Below are positions 59,383 to 64,000 of a DNA stretch of 64,000 nucleotides, one piece after another (within the stretch, counting starts at the first letter, position 1; the number at the start of each line of letters is the position of its first letter). The translations under genes were made by a program, and so were the position numbers. Source of the stretch: Octopus sinensis. Its lineage: Eukaryota. Location of the stretch: contig NC_043002.1 in the NCBI RefSeq assembly GCF_006345805.1, forward strand, positions 35,030,001 through 35,094,000. The letters are read 5' to 3'. A model generated the notes under the pieces. The model did not search any database, was not told where the DNA came from, and saw nothing but the letters and a program-made list of their open reading frames with translations.

Positions 59383-61883
59383 TTACTTTACTTGCTTAAG
59401 GCAGTCCATTTTGACAGATGACATCATCTTTGATCCTTAGGGGTTGTCTTGATGGCGTTGGCAGGCCCTCTCATAGCTGAAAAGGCCGACTCTGGAGGCA
59501 CATGTCCGATTATACCGAGAGCAGCAAAGAGGGCTCCGACGAAGATGAGCTCATCTAGGATTTTGCTGACGCTCCTTGAGCTGTCTCCGCTTTTCCTTGC
59601 GAAGTCTAATTCACTCATACTCAAAATGCTGCTTGCCAGTTTTGACCATACCCCTCCAGGTAGTACGGTCTGTGGCCAGTGTTTCAAATTCACCAGGGGG
59701 ATGTTGCAGAGCATCAGGGATTTCTTCAGATGATCTTTATATCGCTTCTTTGGACCTCCATGTGGTCGGTTACCCTCTGCTAACTCTCCAAAAAGGACAA
59801 TCTTGGGTATACAGTTTTCCAACATCCTGATAGCATGCCCCACCCAGTGCTGTTGACATTCGAGGATCATGCATTCAATGCTGATCAAATTCACTCATCT
59901 CAGGACAGATGAAGAATGCAATGGAGACAGAGGATATGAAAGGATTCGAGGAATTTGACATGATAATGATAAAGTGTCCGAGTTTCTGAGGTATACAGAA
60001 GCATGGAAACCACAACAGCACGATAAACCTTGATTTTCATGGAAAGATTCAGATCACAATTAAGGAAGACGTCCAAAAGTGGAGGAGGCAAGGTGGATGT
60101 GATTCTGAATTTCATGGTCAATGACCCCCATTGCTTGAGATGATGCTACCCAAATAGGTGAATTTCTCGGTGTTATTTAGCTGGTCTTGGATCAAAAAAG
60201 TCACAGAGGGTGAACAATTTTTGGAGCGTTGAAGGATCTCTGTATTCTTGGTGTTGACCTGGAGTCCAGCCCAACGATAGGCGTTACACACAACGTCTAG
60301 ATTCTGCTGAAGGGTGGCTGGTTCGTGGGCGGGAGCTTCACAGTCATTGGCATACTGTAATTCAAAGAGAGTGGTGGACTGAGTCTTTGTAATTGATTTT
60401 AGTCTCCTCAAGTTGAAAGAGACTGCCATTGTGGTGATATCAAATTGGGATGCCATCTTCAGAGTTGAGGTTGTAGCAAGATATTAAGGTCACAGCCACA
60501 AGGAACACATTGAAGAGGACAGGGGCCAGGAGACAGCCTTGTTTAACACCGACTTGAACACTGAAGTAGTCAGACTGATCACCACCCAATGTCACACGTA
60601 CTTGCTTGCCGTCATGGAACTGGCGTAGCATGGCAAGAAGCTTAGGAGGGCATCAATACCTCTGCAGGACATTCCATAGTAGCGGGCAGCTAATAGTATC
60701 AAAAGCCTTAGTTAGGTCAATAAAGGCAAACAAGGCATCACGCTGTTGTTCTCAGCACTTTAACAGGAGGCGGGAGACGAAGATCATGTCAACAGTGCTA
60801 CGGTTAGCTCTAAAACCAGATTGAGAAGTCGAGAGAGCAGGATGCGTACCAAGACCTTTTCTGCAACATTCAGGAGTGAAATACCTCTGCTGTTGTTGCA
60901 GTCTGATCGATCTCCCTTCTTCTTGAAGATGGTGATTATGTCTGCATGTTTCCAGTGTTAAGGGATCGAGACACTTTTCTAACAGTAGAGGATAATCTGA
61001 TGAAGACGCTGGACAAGAGCAGGACCACCATATTTATAGATCTCCCCCGACACACCAACTGATCCAGGTGATTTCCTGTTTAAGTAGGAGAGAGTTGTAT
61101 GGAGTTCCATGAGGGAGGGTTCCGTATCCAGCTCAGGGAGAGGAGGGAAATGAGGGAGCTCATCAATCAGTGTGGTGTCTGTAGGATTTATCTTGTTCAA
61201 CAAGGAGCTTAAGTATTCAGACCATCTGTCATGGATCTGGGGTTTTTCTTTGTAGAGAGCATTGCTGTCTGAAGATCGTATTTGATTGATATGATTGGAG
61301 GGCGGACCATACATGGATTTGGTTGCAATGTAGAACTTGTGGATCTTATTTTCATCCGCAAAACGTTGAATTTCTGCAGCTTTGTTCTTCCACCAAGTGT
61401 TCTGAATCTGTCTAAGTCTGCTCTGGCATTCCAAGCGAAGACCTTTCCAATTCTGGAGGTGTGCGTTGGACCTACTCAAGAGGTAGGCATCATGAGCCTG
61501 TTTTTTACTTCTGAGAAGAGGGAGGATCTCATTAGCAGTTTCATCAAACCAGCAAGAATTGCAACATCTAGTGTGTCCTAGTTGTTCGGTTGCGACCAAG
61601 GAGATCAGGGAGATATGTTTGTCTCATATATCATCTAGCTCCTCTTGGTTTACCAAGGTAGGATTGGATAGTGGGAGAGTATTCAATTTGATGGCAATCC
61701 AATCTTGAAAGAGGCCACGATTCTCAGGATTATACAATTTTGTGGCGTTCAGTTGTTTTGATGCTGTCAACTTTCGACTAGGGGGTTGAATGTTGATTCT
61801 AAGCTTGGAGCAGATAAGGTTGTGGTCCATCCAGCAATCTGTTCCACGCATTGTGCGAGTATGGAGGACATTGCACAGGTCAT
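59383..61883 (-). mobile_element. 5'-truncated, frameshifted RTE-clade LINE (ORF: end of APE endonuclease, RT, C-terminal Cys motif) in SMARCC intron 1
   Basis: TMRGTDCWMDHNLICSKL (endonuclease end), FIDLTKAFDT, GVKQGCLLAPVLFNVF, LQYANDC (YADD variant), LGSIIS, GNRPHGGPKKRYKDHLK, CSRYNRTCASRVGLFSYERAC. Several stops and frameshifts. No clear TSD seen. Confidence 0.92.
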
Positions 61884-64000
61884 ACTCTTATTTTTAAAAT
61901 TTACTAACATCATTGAATAATCAATTTGAGAGACTAATCCTTAAATAAACATATTCAAATGTTACTAATCTCATGACATGGGAAAAAAAAGTTTTTAAAA
62001 TGCTTCAAATACAGTTTTAGCATATTTTCAGATGTTTTTGAGCATTCCTTGCTCCATTTTATGTTGAAGTCATTCTAATGGATAAAATAACGAAGTTTTA
62101 AATCACTGCAAGAGAATGACTTTGAATAGAATTTGCTATAAATCCCATCTTGAATATATTTTCTGAATACATAATTAACATTGAGTTAAATTTTCTTGAA
62201 GTTGTTCAAATAACAGATTAAATTTTCTTTTACTATATTTAAGTAGTTATTCACTAAAACAAGCAGTGTCAGCTTGCAACACTTCTATTAAATTGTCAAA
62301 CAATGTTTTAGCTTCATGAATGTCAAATGTGGAGTTAGAGTCTATGGATTTCAGTTTATCAGTCATCTGGCTAGATACTTAATAAAACACATGGCTTAAA
62401 CAATGTAGCTACAACAAACTGGCAGGAAGTGGAACAAAAGCTTCTATGAAAAATTCTATGTTGCAAAATGAATGCTATGATTTCTAGACATTAATTCAGA
62501 TGAACTTATTAATTTTGAAATAATACAGGTAAACTTCAGTGCCAATATTTAATTTGATGTACACAAACACATTAACACAAAAAGAAGGAAATTTATACAG
62601 AAATGGAACAAGAAAGGAACACATTTTCATTTATATCATCAACTCATTTAAAAATAATCTACAGAACAATATTTATGTAAAAAGTTACTTCATGGTTGAA
62701 TCTAGAAATACTGAATGCTAGGTAGGTAAAATAGCCAATTCTTTCAAAAATTATATCAATTTATTTGAATACATAACAAACTGAAAAATTTAAGATAATC
62801 TTTCTTGCTTAAAAATTGAACTCAAAACGGAAAAACTCAATCTAAAACTAAAGCTATCAAATACACAATCATTGTATAAATTATTCTATTTATACTTTAA
62901 AAAAAAAAAAAGTCAACATCTCCAAGCTTTTACAGAATTTTATAGATGGCTGTTACACTGTCAAGACAACTCATATATTCCAATTTGGAAGATTTCTACA
63001 GCTGAATATCCTTCCTAATGCCAAGTTTCTACACTCATTTGTTTGACAATACTGATCAGAGAAAGTCATAGTTTTAGCCATTAAATCTCCACAGCCCACA
63101 TCTACTAGTTTCTTACTTCGTGACAGTCAAGCCTAATGATATCCTTCACATCAAATACCCAAGTAGATTGTATAAATCCTGGACTGAGGCTGGGAACATT
63201 CATCACAATCATCATCAATGTCTATCTTTGATAGTGGCATGAGTTGGATGGTTCGACAGTATTTGAGGAGTTAAAGGACTGCATTGTGCTCCAATAACTG
63301 CTTTGGCATGGTTTCTACAGTTGGATACCCTTCCTAACACCGTTATATGTACTGAGAGCTTTTCACTGTACTAGCACTAGTAAAATCATTTTGCAACTTG
63401 CAAGTCTAAAAGGCCTAAGGTGACCCCTGTAACTGAGGGAGAATCAAAGAGAGAGTGTGTGATGATTCTAGACAGAGAGATGAGGGAGAGAAAAGATGAG
63501 AAGTAACAGATTAATAGAAATGAGAGAATGGTAGGGGAGAGAGAAACAAAGTAGACACTAATGAGAGAGAGAATATATCAGGGAACAGGGGTAAGGGAAG
63601 GGATTAATGTCAAAGATTATTGAGAAAGGTAAGGATAGAGTGGAAAGGTGATAAGATGGGTTGATAGCCCATGACTGGAAAACATGAGAAAAGGGGATGA
63701 GGAATATAGAAATAGATAGGAAATGCTAATGATAACAGAATTAATCTTGTACGATTTGTGAGGTGAGAAATTATTATTATTAAACAATATATTCAGACAA
63801 GTATCCTAATCTTGGTTGTTATATTCCAGCCTATTTAGGGTGCTTGTATTAAGTTGTATTCTCAGAATTTAAGACATACAGCATGACAAAAGGGATCATC
63901 CATGGCCTACAACAAGTAAAATTCATAAGTAATAATCCAGGCATATAACGACAAGAGATGATCCAGATTAGAGTAACAACTATCCTACTAGCAGAGCAGC

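Noticed and set aside
58932-64000. Search for SMARCC exon 1 (expected ...WLGKNYKK-type ending) and promoter
   Set aside because: No matching exon or CpG-rich promoter was found; it presumably lies beyond the window.

Overview
AT-rich, microsatellite- and retroposon-dense animal genomic DNA. The SINE families look like those of octopus (coleoid cephalopod); this is an inference from recognising the repeats, not a database result. Two protein-coding genes face each other tail-to-tail. (1) On the + strand, one giant coding exon (splice acceptor at 13195/13196, stop at 18358) encodes an ~1,710-aa, mostly disordered, poly-Q protein. It has two isolated C2H2 zinc fingers, two CtBP-type PxDLS motifs and CoRNR-like helices, and I cannot name it. 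(2) On the - strand is the SWI/SNF (BAF) core subunit SMARCC1/2 (BAF155/170, moira). I traced 23 GT-AG exons from 58931 down to the stop at 33874; they join in one open frame of 4113 nt (1370 aa plus stop). Its first exon appears to lie beyond the right edge of the window. The remainder is intron and intergenic DNA holding tRNA-type SINEs, LINE fragments (a 2.5-kb RTE, RTE-X-like, CR1/L2-like, R4/Dong-like, a zinc-knuckle ORF1), decayed Tc1/mariner elements, TTAA-flanked piggyBac-like MITEs, a minisatellite and many microsatellites. The most interesting unexplained items are the orphan corepressor-like ZF protein, a 57-bp near-perfect intronic hairpin beside a SMARCC chromodomain exon, a candidate 5' exon whose frame is closed by a single UAG, a Tyr-rich QPGY-like SMARCC tail, and signs of an unannotated spliced minus-strand transcript between the two genes.
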